Counted from the first letter of the whole stretch, positions 47,905 to 62,430 are shown. The stretch: 63,651 nt of DNA, filler included, from Lenisia limosa (GCA_001655205.1; 15 parts of 15 records of this genome joined end to end with filler, not necessarily neighbours in it); one strand, 5' to 3'. Notes: generated by a model from the sequence alone, not told the origin. Numbers and translations are program-made.

Positions 47905-50479
47905 CATAATTGTCCAGAGCCTGACCGTGTTGTCAGAGACCGGTTTTTGACGCTCATCGACACGCGAATGGCGCGCTCACGCCAAGACGCTGAGTCGCCA
48001 CAGCGCCTACAGCTGATCTTAGATCGTCTTTATGAGCTCCAGGAGGCCCATGGAGACCAGGTCCGCGTGAGGTGGCTGAAGAACAAGCGCGGCGGCGGGA
48101 GGACTCTTTTGGACCTTCAGGCGTCTTCGTAGGGTGGCGCTTATTCATTCCACATGCGTTTATTTATTCAATGTATTTATTAATTCCTTGGGTTTCTTCA
48201 TTCCTTGTGTTTCTTCATTCCTGTGTTTTTAATCATGCGTTTATTCGCTTTCATGCGCTTATTCATTCCATGCGTTTCTTCAGAAGAATCTAAAGTATTG
48301 CAGACCGTCAGCTCAGATAGTTTTGGGCATTGGACTCTGTTGATTTGGGATTTACCATACCTTTTCTCAGAAGACTGGAGTCAATTCATTACACAGAGAA
48401 ATAATTTGCTACATTTTTCGAACCAAATTGAGTTTCCCTCCCTATGTATTTGTCTTATTTCCCATATTACTGACTTACAATATTTTCTTGTTTGCCAGAT
48501 TTACTTGACTTTATTACACAATGTCCTTGCTCTTTATCATATTACTGGTTTTATTTCTTTAGGGCAAAGAAGGATTCGTATGATAGCTACGACTGTTTGC
48601 TGGGTGTTTTGTCATACATAATCTAATATCTCTCATAAGCGTGATGATTTGAACGGCTTCGGTCCATTTTATTTGACCTGTGCATATTGATACTGGCATA
48701 AAGGGATATGGAATGAGGGAGTCATTTTCGTTTATCAGGGATAACGATTATTATATATCATATATCGATATATAGTATACGGTAGAAAGAAGGTATGTTA
48801 TTTTAGTATCTGGCAGACTCCATACATGATCGATCACTTGATATCTGGTCCATTTTTACCCTCTTTGTGCTTCTCAAATTGAGCCAATAGAGTTGATTCT
48901 GGGATTTTTTTTTTTTTTTTTCCCCATAAATTTTCCCTCTCATCCTTCAGACCCCATGGCAGCCNNNNNNNNNNNNNNNNNNNNNNNNNNNNNNNNNNNN
49001 NNNNNNNNNNNNNNNNNNNNNNNNNNNNNNNNNNNNNNNNNNNNNNNNNNNNNNNNNNNNNNNNNNNNNNNNNNNNNNNNNACGCGTGAACAGTTTCTTA
49101 TTAATACAGTAAAAAAGCACACAAATCGCGATAAATTGATCGATTTGCTGTGTGATTTCCCAAGGAAAATGGGTCAGACTTCTCCCGGTCACTGTATATG
49201 ATATCGATATGATACAAATTTAATTTTGCCATTGTTTCCTATTACCATTTAACCTTCGAAGCACCCTCCCCGTCCCCCCTCCCCTCCCTCCCCGATATGC
49301 ACTCTTCTGCCGCTTCCCCAGAGCCAGATTACACCCACAATATGAGGTATGTTTAGGGCTTTCATGTGGTCGATGGTTGTCGAAGCTTTCTTCTTCTTTT
49401 GTCCTTTTTGTAGCTGAGTAAAGCGCTGAGTAAAGCAATGATACTCTGGTAGGATTTCACAAAGGGCTTCCTTTTGGTCCGAAACTCACCGGTTACAATC
49501 GATATTTATCAAGATTTTTCGAGAAATTCAGTCTTTTTTGGGACCGTATGGAAGCCCTACTTACAGCAGTATGAGGCGTGTTGAGGAACTAAACTTAGCA
49601 AAATATTTCCTGAACCGCCCTTATTTATGATATAATACGCGGTNNNNNNNNNNNNNNNNNNNNNNNNNNNNNNNNNNNNNNNNNNNNNNNNNNNNNNNNN
49701 NNNNNNNNNNNNNNNNNNNNNNNNNNNNNNNNNNNNNNNNNNNNNNNNNNNNNNNNNNNNNNNNNNNNNNNNNNNNNNNNNNNNNNNNNNNNNNNNNNNN
49801 NNNNNNNNNNNNNNNNNNNNNTTCCAATCCTCCCCCCTCCCTCCAACTTCTGTTTTGGATCCTTCGGCTGTCCAACCGCCCGCACCCGTGGGTTTTAAGG
49901 GGGGGAAATGTGCAAATATTATAGTATTATTTCGGGCTTTCCTCTGGTCCAAAAAAGATCGGTAAAATATCGAAATTTGCGAGACATTTTTGGCCTGTAG
50001 AGAAGCCCTTTACCCAATACATCAATTCTAGAGAAGGCCAGATTGACATTCCTTTTCCCACATAACCCACTTTTAGCCCTTTTCCGAGTTAGACGCAACG
50101 GATGAGCGAGATCTCCATGTAGAAGACTGGGTAAAAACGGTGACGCTGCACTGCAGAAAGTATTTGCCTTTTGACGGGGCTCTGATATGCCAAGAATGTA
50201 CCCCCAAGGTTGGATAACAGTCTCCCTAATCCTTAGAATTTCTAAATTAATTAAACACGGAGTCATACAAATAGGTCTTCACTTCGGTTCGAAAAAGACC
50301 ATTAAAATATCGACAGTTTTCGAGGATTTATCGAGAAATTCGGTGTTTTTATCGAACCGAATTGAAGTTATTTTAACTCACGCTTTCAGGTCACAGCGGC
50401 GCCCACACTCAAACGCCCGCTTGCGGACGTGCTGCGAGATTACTTCCCCCTCATTTCCAAGCTTCTTCCCGACGTTTGA
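47905..50479 (+). CDS. Hypothetical protein, multi-exon, 3' part
   Basis: AG/GT-bounded exons (PDRVVRDRFLTLIDTRMARSRQDAESPQRLQLILDRLYELQEAHGDQ; EPDYTHNMR; LDATDERDLHVEDWVKTVTLHCRK) and terminal exon VTAAPTLKRPLADVLRDYFPLISKLLPDV*. Confidence 0.4.
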
Positions 50480-51105
50480 GTCTTTTCTTAGTTAATGTTA
50501 ATAGGTTTATGTGTTTTTTATAATTGCGCTTCATGAGTTGATGAATATACTGCACCAAAACTGTCAGGGGTTTCACATGGTTGATTATTTAAACTCAAAG
50601 GTTTCATGTTGTTAATGTTGTGAGATGTTTAGAGTCACCTCCGAGCAGAAAGCCCTTCGATTTGCTTCAGCTCCGTACTTAAAAAAAAAAATGAAATGAA
50701 AGTGTGAAGTTTCATCAAATTTTTCAAAGCACAACCTATTCAACTGTTTATTCTAATTGAGGAGATGGCTTGATTCAACCGGCGCTTCTTATTTGAGAAC
50801 TTTCTTTACGGTACAGGTTAAGGGAGGGGAAGGGAAGAAAGCAAAATCTCTTGAAATGGATCATAAATATTCGGCGGTTAACTACACAGAGTTCACATTT
50901 TCCATTGCTACATATGATATAAAACATTTTGTTGTAACACNNNNNNNNNNNNNNNNNNNNNNNNNNNNNNNNNNNNNNNNNNNNNNNNNNNNNNNNNNNN
51001 NNNNNNNNNNNNNNNNNNNNNNNNNNNNNNNNNNNNNNNNNNNNNNNNNNNNNNNNNNNNNNNNNNNNNNNNNNNNNNNNNNNNNNNNCTTGAAGCAGTG
51101 TCCTC

Positions 51106-53512
51106 TTAGATTGTAACGGTTCCCTCTTCCATGGCAATCCAACTGTAGCCTTCCGTGTTTGTCTGAGAGTGTCATTCATTAATAATACAGACAAAATGAA
51201 TTGAAAAAGAAAACATAATTCCAGTTTCATATATTGTATAATATACCGTATGTCCCCTCACCCCACTTACACCAACAACCTTCCATCTGCACTTGAAAGT
51301 GAAGCCCGTGGTACTGATCGTGTTCACAGCTAAATCTTCAACAGTATATGACAGCAATGAGAAATTAAACAAGGTTGTATCTGTCCCAAGTCCTTCTACA
51401 TCATATCATATACAATGAGAAATAAAAACAATATTGTATTTGGCCGAAGCCGTCCACACCATCATGCTTAAAAAGATATTGGGGGGAGGGGTATGGGGAG
51501 TTAGTTGCATATATTTAATATACCCAATCATTATAAATATAATAAGTATAGAGGTGAAAGGACAAAAATGAATTTATGTAAAGAAACACTGGGTCTACTT
51601 TGAACGTAACTCCCAGATTTTAATATCAACAAGAAAACATCCCCGCCACCCCCTACCGCAAACAGACAAGCCGCTTGCGTTTGCATCCTCAATCGTCACC
51701 TAGTATTATGTCAATGGATATTTTTTAACCAAGAAAAAAAAAAACCCCCATCAACCCAGTCTTGTCAGTGACATGGGGTTTCCTTTGAATTTATTAGGCA
51801 AGGTTATATTTAAAGCAAGTCTCCAAAACAAATTCATAGGTAATATTAGTAGACCCCCCCCCCCCATATTCATAAATTTTGGTTAAAAGTGGCTAAACCT
51901 GGCCATATCCATGGAATAATCCTTACACTCCGAGGTTTCATTCTGGATGAGCTGCCTGCTTTAATATGATGCACAACATTATATAATAGTTTGTCTTCCT
52001 CCCCCTCCAGTACTCCTAATTCAATCCCACCCCCCACCACCTTGACAACAGGAATTGAGGAAAAGGGCGTGTCAAAGGTTACTGAGGTCTACGGGGGAGT
52101 AAAATTGGAAAATTTATGAAACAAAAAAAAAACCCNNNNNNNNNNNNNNNNNNNNNNNNNNNNNNNNNNNNNNNNNNNNNNNNNNNNNNNNNNNNNNNNN
52201 NNNNNNNNNNNNNNNNNNNNNNNNNNNNNNNNNNAAGGGAAAAAAAAATCTCACAAAAGAAAAAAGACAATCAAAAGAATGTTCGGGTGGGGTAAAGCTG
52301 AGCAAAAAGAAAAACAAATGTGGCAAAAGAAGGTAAAGAAAAAATAAACATGTAGGAATGAGAAATAAGCACTGTAAAACCATATTTGTCTACTTTCAAA
52401 ATACAACGCATAATAAACATCAGATTTGATAATATCATATAGAGACATGAAATAAAACAAGGTTGAATCCAGCCGAAGCCGTCCACGCCATCAGAGATTT
52501 GGAGTTTAGTATAATAGTAATTAACCCAATCATTTCTCTTATTATAACTATTATTATAGTTCTCCCACAGTTGCAGAGACGCCATATTGAACAGAGGGAC
52601 CGAAGATTGACGGAAGAGTAAAAGCTGCTAGGCTGTATTGCGGACCAGACCTGAAATGGTTAAAGCATATGAAATATTTTTTTACTCTCCTCATATTTTC
52701 AACAAAATCTTTCGTTTTTTTTCTACAATTGATATGATTTCCAGCTTAGGTTCAAAAAAAGACTGAATTTCTCGATAAATCCTCGATAAATATAGAAATT
52801 TTCTCGGACTTTTTCGAACCGTAGTAAATTGCAAGTTAAAGTGGCTTCGGATATACGAAATACGCCTTTCATATTTGCACGTCATAGTAAACATCAAATT
52901 GAAATTTCTGAATCTTACAAATCCAAGCTTGAACAGGCATATCCGGAATTCTTATTCTCTACACGATTTCTATTGATGCAATTGCGGTAAATTTCAACAC
53001 AATAAACCGCTCTCACGTTTGGCTTGACTTGCCTTCTTCATTGTAGCATCGAACAGTAGTGCCCGAAACAGTAGGTACGAAGTCATTACGACACTGTTTC
53101 GTCAGTTATACAGAAAATATAGCGATGATAAAAAATAAAGTAATATCTGGCCGAAACCATCCACACCATCGTGTTATAAGAGATATTGGATTATAATATT
53201 ATTGTAGAGATGATATCAATATATCCTGTCATGGACTTTTTTGTGATAACTCACATCAATATATCCTGTCATGGACTTTGTTTGCTGAAAACCGCTGACG
53301 AACACAACGGGAACACTTTCGAGGGTGTGACTGTAGGATGCAGAGGAGGCAACCAACTACGTTCAAATCAGAAATATGTAATATGTAAGCATAGAGAATC
53401 TACTCTTTATGATCTTAATCACCAATCCACCTCCCACGTCGTATTTGTTTTGGTACGAAGCGCCTTGCTCAATTGTAACAACAAAAACCTCGTCAGCTGG
53501 CGTCGGGTTGGC
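51106..53512 (-). CDS. Protein with probable H-type lectin (discoidin-C-like) repeats, 3' part
   Basis: SYSHTLESVPVVFVS, TSVTFDTPFSSIPVVK, DLAVNTISTTGFTFKCRW and EGYSWIAME* match the F..PF...P.V / ITTTGF / SWIA pattern of H-type lectin domains. Confidence 0.45.
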
Positions 53513-54267
53513 CTAGAGGGGGGGTTATGTTATACGTAGGCTGCACTTCGGTTCAAAAAAAGTACTCCGTCCCCAACTTCTGAACAACTTGGCATAATCT
53601 CCACCCCCTCACATTTCCCTTCCCCAATCCTAATAATCGCATTCAAATCCCCCCAAATATCCCCCAATTCTCCAGATATCCCCCAATTCTCCATATATCC
53701 TCNNNNNNNNNNNNNNNNNNNNNNNNNNNNNNNNNNNNNNNNNNNNTTAATTAATTAANNNNNNNNNNNNNNNNNNNNNNNNNNNNNNNNNNNNNNNNNN
53801 NNACCCGTCCCGGGACGCAGTCGGTAGTTGGAACAAGGCCTTGCCCTTCTAATGTGGTTATAATTACGACTTCACTTCGGTTCCAAAATTGGCTGAATTT
53901 TTTGATAAATCCTCGAAAACTATCAATATTTTACCGGTCGTTTTCGAGCCAAAGTGAAATCTAGTAATATGTATTATTTCGTTATGATTATCGATTTATA
54001 TGACTTAATACATACAATATAGTATGCATATGCGTCATTTTATTAATTATGAAATACATTAATATGTTTAATATCAATTAATATAATATGATATGCTTTG
54101 ACCGATCATGATTTTTCAAGAAAAAGGGACCTAAACATATCACTGTATCTAACAACAAAGTTAGTTTAGCATATTAATATTTATGGTATCCCGATGTCTT
54201 CTTTTGTGATTATGTTAACAAAAATTGTTTGAAAAAAGTAGGTGAAACACATCTGCCTACTTCTGTG

Positions 54268-54827
54268 CAGTAGCGGGCCGTTCGCTGACCGGAATGTCAT
54301 CACTTTCACGGCTGTTCACAATTGTAATCCAAAGTAACCTATGGATTCCTGTAGGATGAATAATTATAATAAGGGAGGATTGGGGAGGTAGGATGAATTA
54401 TCTTGAGGGGTATCCTAACCTTTAGCGTCAATAAACTCCCATCATTAGCAGCAACAATATCCCATCATTAGCGTCAATACCGCCCGTATTCACAAACCAC
54501 CACTAGCAACACTCTTAACCATAAAAAATGTCCTAAATATAATTTAATTATCAATAAACTCCCATCATTATCAATAAAATCCCAAATCAGATATGCATAC
54601 AGCTATAATTAGAGGGTTTCACGTCGGTTCGAAAAAGTCTGGTGAAATATGGAGAGTTTTTGAGGATTTATCGAAAAATTCAGTCTTTTTGAACCGAATC
54701 ATCAATAATCACCAACCATTAGCGTCAATGAAATCGCCAGCAAAGGCCGAGTGTTTGAGAAGAAGTCGGAGTGTTGACAGAGCTGAGGTGACAACAGAGA
54801 ACATAGAGCGCTGATAGTCGAAGTCCA
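54268..54827 (-). CDS. Hypothetical protein exons
   Basis: Exon 54717-54827 (VDFDYQRSMFSVVTSALSTLRLLLKHSAFAGDFIDAN) follows a family B acceptor; a second exon lies near 54270-54320. Confidence 0.4.
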
Positions 54828-55046
54828 CTGCGGGAGAGTAAAATTGGAAAATTTATGAATCCAAAAAGCCCAAAATCAACTCTGTGGGCTGACAACACAC
54901 ACAACAAAACAAACAGAGCCCAGACCAGTCGCTTGCACCGCATCCCNNNNNNNNNNNNNNNNNNNNNNNNNNNNNNNNNNNNNNNNNNNNTTAATTAATT
55001 AANNNNNNNNNNNNNNNNNNNNNNNNNNNNNNNNNNNNNNNNNNNN

Positions 55047-58000
55047 CTCAAATAGGGCTGTAGGTAGGCGGCACTGAACGGGACTGTGAATATCCTCTGA
55101 CTGCATTTGTCAGTTGGACATTGGGAGGTTGTAGGGTTGAATAAATTTGCAATGTACTCAGCAGGAAGTGAGCTTAAGTATCTCTTCGTGAAAGCTTAAA
55201 TCATAACAATATTATCCTCATCTTAAGCAATAGAAAAAAGACAAACAGTCCAAAACGGCCATTCTCTAAAGCTCACATGAGAGTCTCTTGGGAAGTGTCA
55301 CCGGCAGCGTTGTAGCTAATTCCGTTGATTGAATTCCTAAAGTGTCAACTTTGGAAGAAGTTTGGTTCTTTTAGATGANNNNNNNNNNNNNNNNNNNNNN
55401 NNNNNNNNNNNNNNNNNNNNNNNNNNNNNNNNNNNNNNNNNNNNNNNNNNNNNNNNNNNNNNNNNNNNNNNNNNNNNNNNNNNNNNNNNNNNNNNNNNNN
55501 NNNNNNNNNNNNNNNNNNNNNNNNNNNNNNNNNNNNNNNNNNNNNNNNNNNNNNACATATACATATATAAAATGATATATATAAATATACTATATGACAT
55601 GATATTATAGAATATATCATATTATAGTATAACATATACATATGATTTACTATATCGGCACGCCGAAAGCTGTGTGGGAGTGTTAAGGTAAATGATTGGA
55701 TGAATTACTATTTTACTGTCATCCAGCGTGATGGTGTGTGGGACGGCTTTGGCCAGATACATCCTTGTTTTATTATTTCTATATCACCCCCCACCCCCAC
55801 CATTTCNNNNNNNNNNNNNNNNNNNNNNNNNNNNNNNNNNNNNNNNNNNNNNNNNNNNNNNNNNNNNNNNNNNNNNNNNNNNNNNNNNNNNNNNNNNNNN
55901 NNNNNNNNNNNNNNNNNNNNNNNNGTGATAATTTCCTCGGGAATGTCCTTCACAAACGTCACACATGCGTCAAGAAGGGCCTGGTGATGAGATATTGGTA
56001 GGGCTTCCTACGGTCCGAGAAAGACCAGTATAGTAGCGATAAATATCGAGGATTTATCGAGAGATTCGTAAGTAGGGAACAAGAACACCCCATCATATCA
56101 AAGCACTCTCGGCACCCACAATGTCCTTGTTGTCAAAGGCGTAAGTGATAAGCTTGGGGCACATGGTGTACGAAACGCATTCGGAGGCCAGGATTCCGTC
56201 TATTGCGTTAGCAAACGGGAGGAAGATGAATGTGTCGTGGTAGAGTAATAAATAATGCTTCAGAAGATGATACAGTCAACGAGCTCCTGATTATTTGACT
56301 TTATTTGCTAATAAACACATGTAGAAATGGGAAGGCCACCTTTATCAAGGATTATGATTCCGCACACATTGTAGTTCACCAATAATCTACACCAATCTTC
56401 ATTCATTATTTTAGTCCCCCCCCCCCCTGCNNNNNNNNNNNNNNNNNNNNNNNNNNNNNNNNNNNNNNNNNNNNNNNNNNNNNNNNNNNNNNNNNNNNNN
56501 NNTCGCCTGTGGCAAGGCAGCCTTCAATCATCTTGGTCAACGCCACGGCAGTGAACTCCCTCACCTGCTGCATTACAAAGAGTGAAAGGTGATGATAATG
56601 GTGATGGAGATCAGCGTGCTGAGCTCTACTATTGCAGTCGTTTTCGAATTAAAGAAGCATACCGGGCTATCAACAACATCTATGTCAGAATCTTCTTTCT
56701 TTTTACCGCCAATGTGTTCCTAAAATATGAGGGGACTGTTGAGTGTCACCTTTGAAAAAAATAGAAACATAAGAAAAAGACAACGGGGAAATGTGAAATG
56801 GGAATCCCATTAACCTCATTTAACCAAGAAGAAGAGCCCAACCCACAGCGAGGTCCAAAGTGGAATCGGAAGGATGGGGAAGAAGATACGATACGTCAGC
56901 TGAGGCCACCAGGGCAGACTAGATCGTGAGATCGGAAGTATAATAAACGTGAATTATATTCCCATTTGTTTATAGAGAAAGTGTCTAATCTTGTTACAAT
57001 AATAACAAGTATCAGAAGGCTCAGAGCCACACAAACCATGTGTTTTGAAGCAGAAATGAGCATCGCAAGGGAAGGAGTAGGAATGTCCAACGCGGCATTG
57101 GAGAGATGCGGTCCGGTTGACACGTAGAGCTGGCCCTCTTGGTGGTCCATAAAGTCAATGTCTCCTTTTTCTGAGCCGTTAATTTCGGGTGATATGACGC
57201 CAATTGGGTCATACAAGGCAAATTGTAAGACTCCTCTCTCTCAATGAACAACCCCCCCACTTGAAGAGCTTGGAAGCTTGACTGAGTTGGTTGAGACAAT
57301 AAGGCCCTTTCTGGGGTCCACAACAACCAGTNNNNNNNNNNNNNNNNNNNNNNNNNNNNNNNNNNNNNNNNNNNNNNNNNNNNNNNNNNNNNNNNNNNNN
57401 NNNNNNNNNNNNNNNNNNNNNNNNNNNNNNNNNNNNNNNNNNNNNNNNNNNNNNGTTGGCTGACAACACACGAAGGTTGATAACAACAAAGCAAACAAAG
57501 CCAGGCCAGTCGCTTCTGCACCGCATCGGGGGTAAATGAGACGATTATATCATGAAGAATGAAATAATCGAGGCAAAATATCAGTTGGAAAGCAATGAGA
57601 ATATACCATATAATATCATCTAAAAAAAGTTTATCAAATTGGCAGCATCATAAAGAACCCACACACTTTCCAATTTCCTTTTCGGGTTTGAAAGTGATGG
57701 AGAAGAGGCACTTGGAGAGAGTCGTGCTAACTTCGAAGGTGGACAGGCGGCGGGAGGAGGAATCTAATGTGATAAATGGACGTGAATCATAAGTGAGGTT
57801 TACGATTGGCACATTATTGTTGAAAACTAGCACACGAAGATTGTAGAAATGATAAAAAAGAACAATAAACAATCGGGTATTTCCTACCGAAGCCGTCCAC
57901 ACTCTCATACTGAGATGAGATTTGGATTATAATATAATATTAATTCCCTGGTTTTTGATCCCGAGTCGGCCCACCGAAAGCGGCAATGTAGTTGGAGGCG

Positions 58001-59925
58001 GGTAAATGGACCATTTCAGAGGTTTCAACCTGAATGGATTATCATGTATTCAAACATCAGATCACATTGCCATATCCTTTAGCCTTGACTATGGATAAAG
58101 CCCACGGCCAAAGTTCTATTTCCTTACGAAGCTGCTTAATTTACCGTAGGTGGACAAATTAACACATATAAGAACTGAAAAAAGCAATCGACTGCCACAC
58201 CTTAAAAGGCAAGTCCAGAGTTTTAGAGGTGAAGTAAGCAGCCGCATTGGCGCTCTTGATTTTGTAGTAGTCGACTGAGAGGGTCTTGGCCTTCGCTGAC
58301 ACCGTTACGGCATATGATCCGGTGGTCCATGAAGTCAACACGGAGCCTCGTCTAAACCGTAAATATTTTGGAGAAGTGTTTCAGGCCACAGTATCATGTT
58401 TTAAAACCTAAAGCTACAGAGAAATAAGGTTGGGTATGTGGATCAGTCCGTCAAAATACTAGCGATTCTCTTTATACCCTCGTATTCAGAAAAAAGGATG
58501 GAAACTTTTTGAGATGTACCGAAATAAGAAAACCTACTTTGAGGGAGGGAGGACAACTTCCATAGGTGTCAAAGTTGGCTGTTCCGGTTCCCAGGTCGCC
58601 TTCACCACCTGAAATGATGATAATGAGATCGAAATGAGCATTTCATCACCCACTATCTGAAAGGCCGGTAAAATATTGATATTTATGGAGAATCTAGCGA
58701 TAAATGCAACCAATATTTCGGAAAAAATTGAAGCACTCGCTTCAGAGTTCTGTGTTGAAATGCGAATGAAAATGAGAACAAAAAGTGTATATACTTCATC
58801 CAGTAATACGCAATTAGATTCTTGGGTGGTACTTCTAGAAACGCAATCGTATAACATCAAAATATCCAAATACATCTGCCCACTTGTATGCCTCCGTTCT
58901 TCAAGACACATAAAACACCGAAGAAGTCTTTGAGAGGAATGATCTTGATGATCTGGTGCTCCAACTAACAAGTTAGCTTTCATGGAAGAGCTCCGAAAAA
59001 AAAAATCTTTCTTGCATTGATACAAATGGAACGTTTTTTATTTTTGTTTACCTTATTATTATACTACTAACATTAACAGGATTGATCTTCAAGTCAATAA
59101 TCTTCAAAATTCCAACATTATTCAATCCTGTCTTTGATTTATGTGCTATATTGATAGACAAGATTTTATGATATCTTCTCTTCAATAATGCCCCTCCCCC
59201 CTACAGCCACAGTCACAGCACTCCAGTCACTTTCCGACTTTTCCCACACCGAGACTTTCGTCCCCTCCGTGACACAGAAAATGGCGTCACGGCCAGCGGA
59301 GGTAGTTGCTACAGCAGGGCACGTGGCGGGGCTTCTGTTGAGCGTCCATGAGCTGAGGATGGCCTTTTCTTGCGGCTGCCAAGATGAATGCTGATACAAT
59401 TTTTATGAACGGGAAGAAGTTCCATCAATTGTTTCACGATCAATCAAAATACATATCCTGCTGGAGGAATGGAAGAGATGCAAAAAAAAGGGGAGTGGTT
59501 CTAAGAAGTGGTTTGAAGTAAAGTTGAACAAAATTAAAAATTTCACCAACATATCAAATAAACAATGTTCTAAAAACCACTGATGCAGAAAGAGAAAAGT
59601 TGAATGGTTAATGAACTCGAAAGGGAAAGATCAAGTCCTTGTTTTGAGGAAGTGAAAGAAGGCAAGCTGGAAGGGAAATTACAAAATTCCACATACTGCC
59701 ATCTGATAAAATCATAAAACAAGGATACCATGATATAATAATCCAGGAAGACAACGTGGGAAAGGGAATCCAAAACTCAAAAGGAACAAACACATTATCC
59801 ATGTGACAAACCGAGTAGGTCAAAAGACCAGCATTTGACATCGTAATCAGGAGACTTTCATTATTAATGTGATGTAAGCCGGATATCTGGCCAGGGAGGA
59901 GGCAAAGCTCGCTGAGATTCACCAT
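55047..59925 (-). CDS. NOL11: Nucleolar protein 11 (NOL11, t-UTP component), 3'-truncated, multi-exon
   Basis: ATG at 59925. EKAILSSWTLNRSPATCPAVATT..VTEGTKVSVWEK resembles NOL11 [49 protein letters not shown] resembles LLDVCLQHFPDIPES, and IFTVPFSAAYLQPYLR resembles ILHSAYSETFLLPHLK. Confidence 0.7.
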
Positions 59926-60671
59926 TGCTGGAGGATTGGTTGACTCAAATTGCGTTTAATGCTCTGAATTCCCTTTATCTATTTAATATAATAAAGATCC
60001 TTGCGTTTATTGTCATTAAAGGAGAAGTAAAAACAATAAAAATTGCTTTTAAAGTGCGCCGCCAGGTTTTTAATTTTGTTCCAGGTGTTTTGTCAAACCT
60101 ATTCTACAATTCCCTCATAGTCTCATCATAATCTCATAATTTACATATTTTCAGCCACATAAAACCATCACATTACCACACACATTCCACCCATTTGCCA
60201 AAATTTGAAACCTTAAATAGGTAGGTATTCCCTTGCGAAGATTGTACATTCCAAAAAAACAAGATAGAAACATGGAAACTAGCACTGTTTGACCAAGGCG
60301 TCATTACAAGTGCAGGGGGCGGGCGAAATACAGCAACAGGGGCTTACTGGTCGGTCGATTTGCCTTTTCAGGGACTTCTGATAGTGTGAGAAGAAAAAAT
60401 CTATCAAGCAAGATCTGATAAAAACAAGGCTTACAAGATTGAAAGATGAAAATGAGACGGCGAGATCAGTGATAGGACAGGACGAGTTTTGCGAAACGAA
60501 ATTCTCGAGCTCTACATAAAGTAAAAAAAAGACATCAAAATATAGACCACAAAGGGGCAGGAGTTGGACTTGCTGCACTCAAAATGAGGTTGATTCCGGT
60601 AAAACAACTGCAAATTTCCCTCTCTACCCCTCCCCTAGCTTCCGATTTTTGTCCCTCAAAGCACAACTTAC

Positions 60672-61085
60672 CGAGGGCCTCGGGAGTGAATCCGACATAT
60701 GCCACAGAGAACTGCGCTGGCTTAAACGCTGCGAGGGTGAGAAAAGAAAAGAAAAATCCGAAAACACACGTTTATATCTAGTCAATTGAATATTAATTGA
60801 TTCAACGAGAGAGAGAGAGAGAGGAAGGGAGGGGGGGAGAAGTCAAAAAGGAAAAGGTGTAAGTTTACAGGAATGGGGGGCCTCATTCAAGCCACCCACC
60901 ATCAATAACATCTTTGACAAAATTGAGATTCTCATGAGAGTACTCGAAGGAGACAAAGGAAAACTCAGGTTCGGGGGTGATATGGGCGGTACAATACGAC
61001 CGGCCTGTCTTGGCAATGCCGTTTAGAGAGTAACCGCAAGGGTCAAACTCCTTGGTGTCAAGGGTCAGGCCAAGCGAGATGGAAT
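60672..61085 (-). CDS. AMD1: S-adenosylmethionine decarboxylase, C-terminal part
   Basis: [37 protein letters not shown]|AFKPAQFSV contains the PCGYSxNG and HITPE..FSxVSFE active-site motifs. Confidence 0.9.
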
Positions 61086-61185
61086 NNNNNNNNNNNNNNN
61101 NNNNNNNNNNNNNNNNNNNNNNNNNNNNNTTAATTAATTAANNNNNNNNNNNNNNNNNNNNNNNNNNNNNNNNNNNNNNNNNNNN

Positions 61186-62011
61186 CTCCTTTGAGGTGCC
61201 TCAAATTGTGGGAGCCGAGGCTGCAACGGTTCTTGAAAAGACCAAGACTTTCAGCCCGGAACAGGTGGGACCGTGCGTTCATGGACCTTAGCTACCTTGG
61301 TGTTATGGGGACAATTGGGGTCATTTGAATTGTTTTGTTTTTTCGTGACAAAGAGCTTACATAATAAGAGGACTCTAATTACAAGGCCTCGATGGAATTA
61401 ATTTTTGCAATTCAAATTGTATTCCGATTGATTTTAAAAACAATAATTGTAATTAATTACAGAAATTAATTAATTGCAATTAATTGTTATTTTTTTTTTC
61501 AATTTTAAAAATATGTCCAATCAAACAATTATTTCGTCAAAAAAATTCCAGAACATTACAATTGTCCCATTTTTTACTGGACTTTTTTTTTTTTACATGA
61601 CGTATTGACTATATTAGTCCCTCCATGCTGGAGAGGTTGTCTGTGCCCCCATGAGCGTCAAGAGACTCATTATGGTTGCGGAACTCTCAAACCAGGTTCG
61701 TGGTGAAGTGTTGTTCAAATCCATGGGCTTTATTGAAGAAAATAAAATGATTGATATCAACCCCGTGAATGGACTCACACTTTCACTAAATATCAATTAT
61801 ATCGCCAAATGATTAAGTGAATGTTTCTACCAAATTATCCAATATCTCTTAAAAGCGATTAATCCACAGAATTAAAAATATTAGTTGTTGTATTTTTACC
61901 TGTCTTCTCTCATGTAGCGTTTGATTTGCCTTGTAATTTGAAGTGGTTTACTGTGTATAGGTTGATGAGTCGGAGAGAATGACCACCTTCGCTCACCACA
62001 TGACCTTCTAA
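61186..62011 (+). CDS. NSF: NSF/Sec18-like AAA+ ATPase, C-terminal end of D2
   Basis: EVPQIVGAEAATVLEKTKTFSPEQ|SLHAGEVVCAPMSVKRLIMVAELSNQ|VDESERMTTFAHHMTF* parallels the NSF C-terminus (HVPNI..[32 protein letters not shown]). Confidence 0.6.
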
Positions 62012-62029
62012 ATACTTTAAGTTATTATG

Positions 62030-62170
62030 TTTCAATATATTACTACTTTCTTGTCCTCTTCTTGTTTCAATATATTACTACTTTCTTGTTTCATTATATT
62101 ACTACTTTCTTGTTTTCCTCTTCTTGTTTTAAATATTCTTACATCTTGTATTTCAATATTCTTACATCAA
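62030..62170. repeat. AT-rich minisatellite (tttcaatatattactactttcttg)
   Basis: 3-4 imperfect units downstream of the NSF-like stop. Confidence 0.75.
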
Positions 62171-62430
62171 TAGTTCTTCCTTCGGTACCACTGGGTCAAA
62201 TGTTTATTACGCTAGGGATTCGCTGCTGATAGGCAGACGAGAGGCAACAGAAGCTCAAGAAACCTGAAAGAAATCAGAACTCTAAAAAAAATTAAAATAC
62301 GTCTGTGATAGATTTTGATCATCGATCCTTGTTAATAATAAAAACCAAGATTTTTTTTTTTTTTTTGATTTAGCTGTTTTTAATAGGAGGTTATAGTTTA
62401 TAATTACATATCAAACAAATCCAACACACG

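Noticed and set aside
53031-53093. Possible GC-AG intron (gaagaag|GCaagt, minus strand)
   Set aside because: The candidate exon does not join in frame with the preceding predicted exon, so I cannot support it without RNA data.
5095-61185. Recurring TTAATTAATTAA palindrome, and apparent gene neighbourhoods across it
   Set aside because: Always centred in exactly 44+44 Ns, so it is an artificial contig joiner. No cross-linker synteny or cluster can be inferred.
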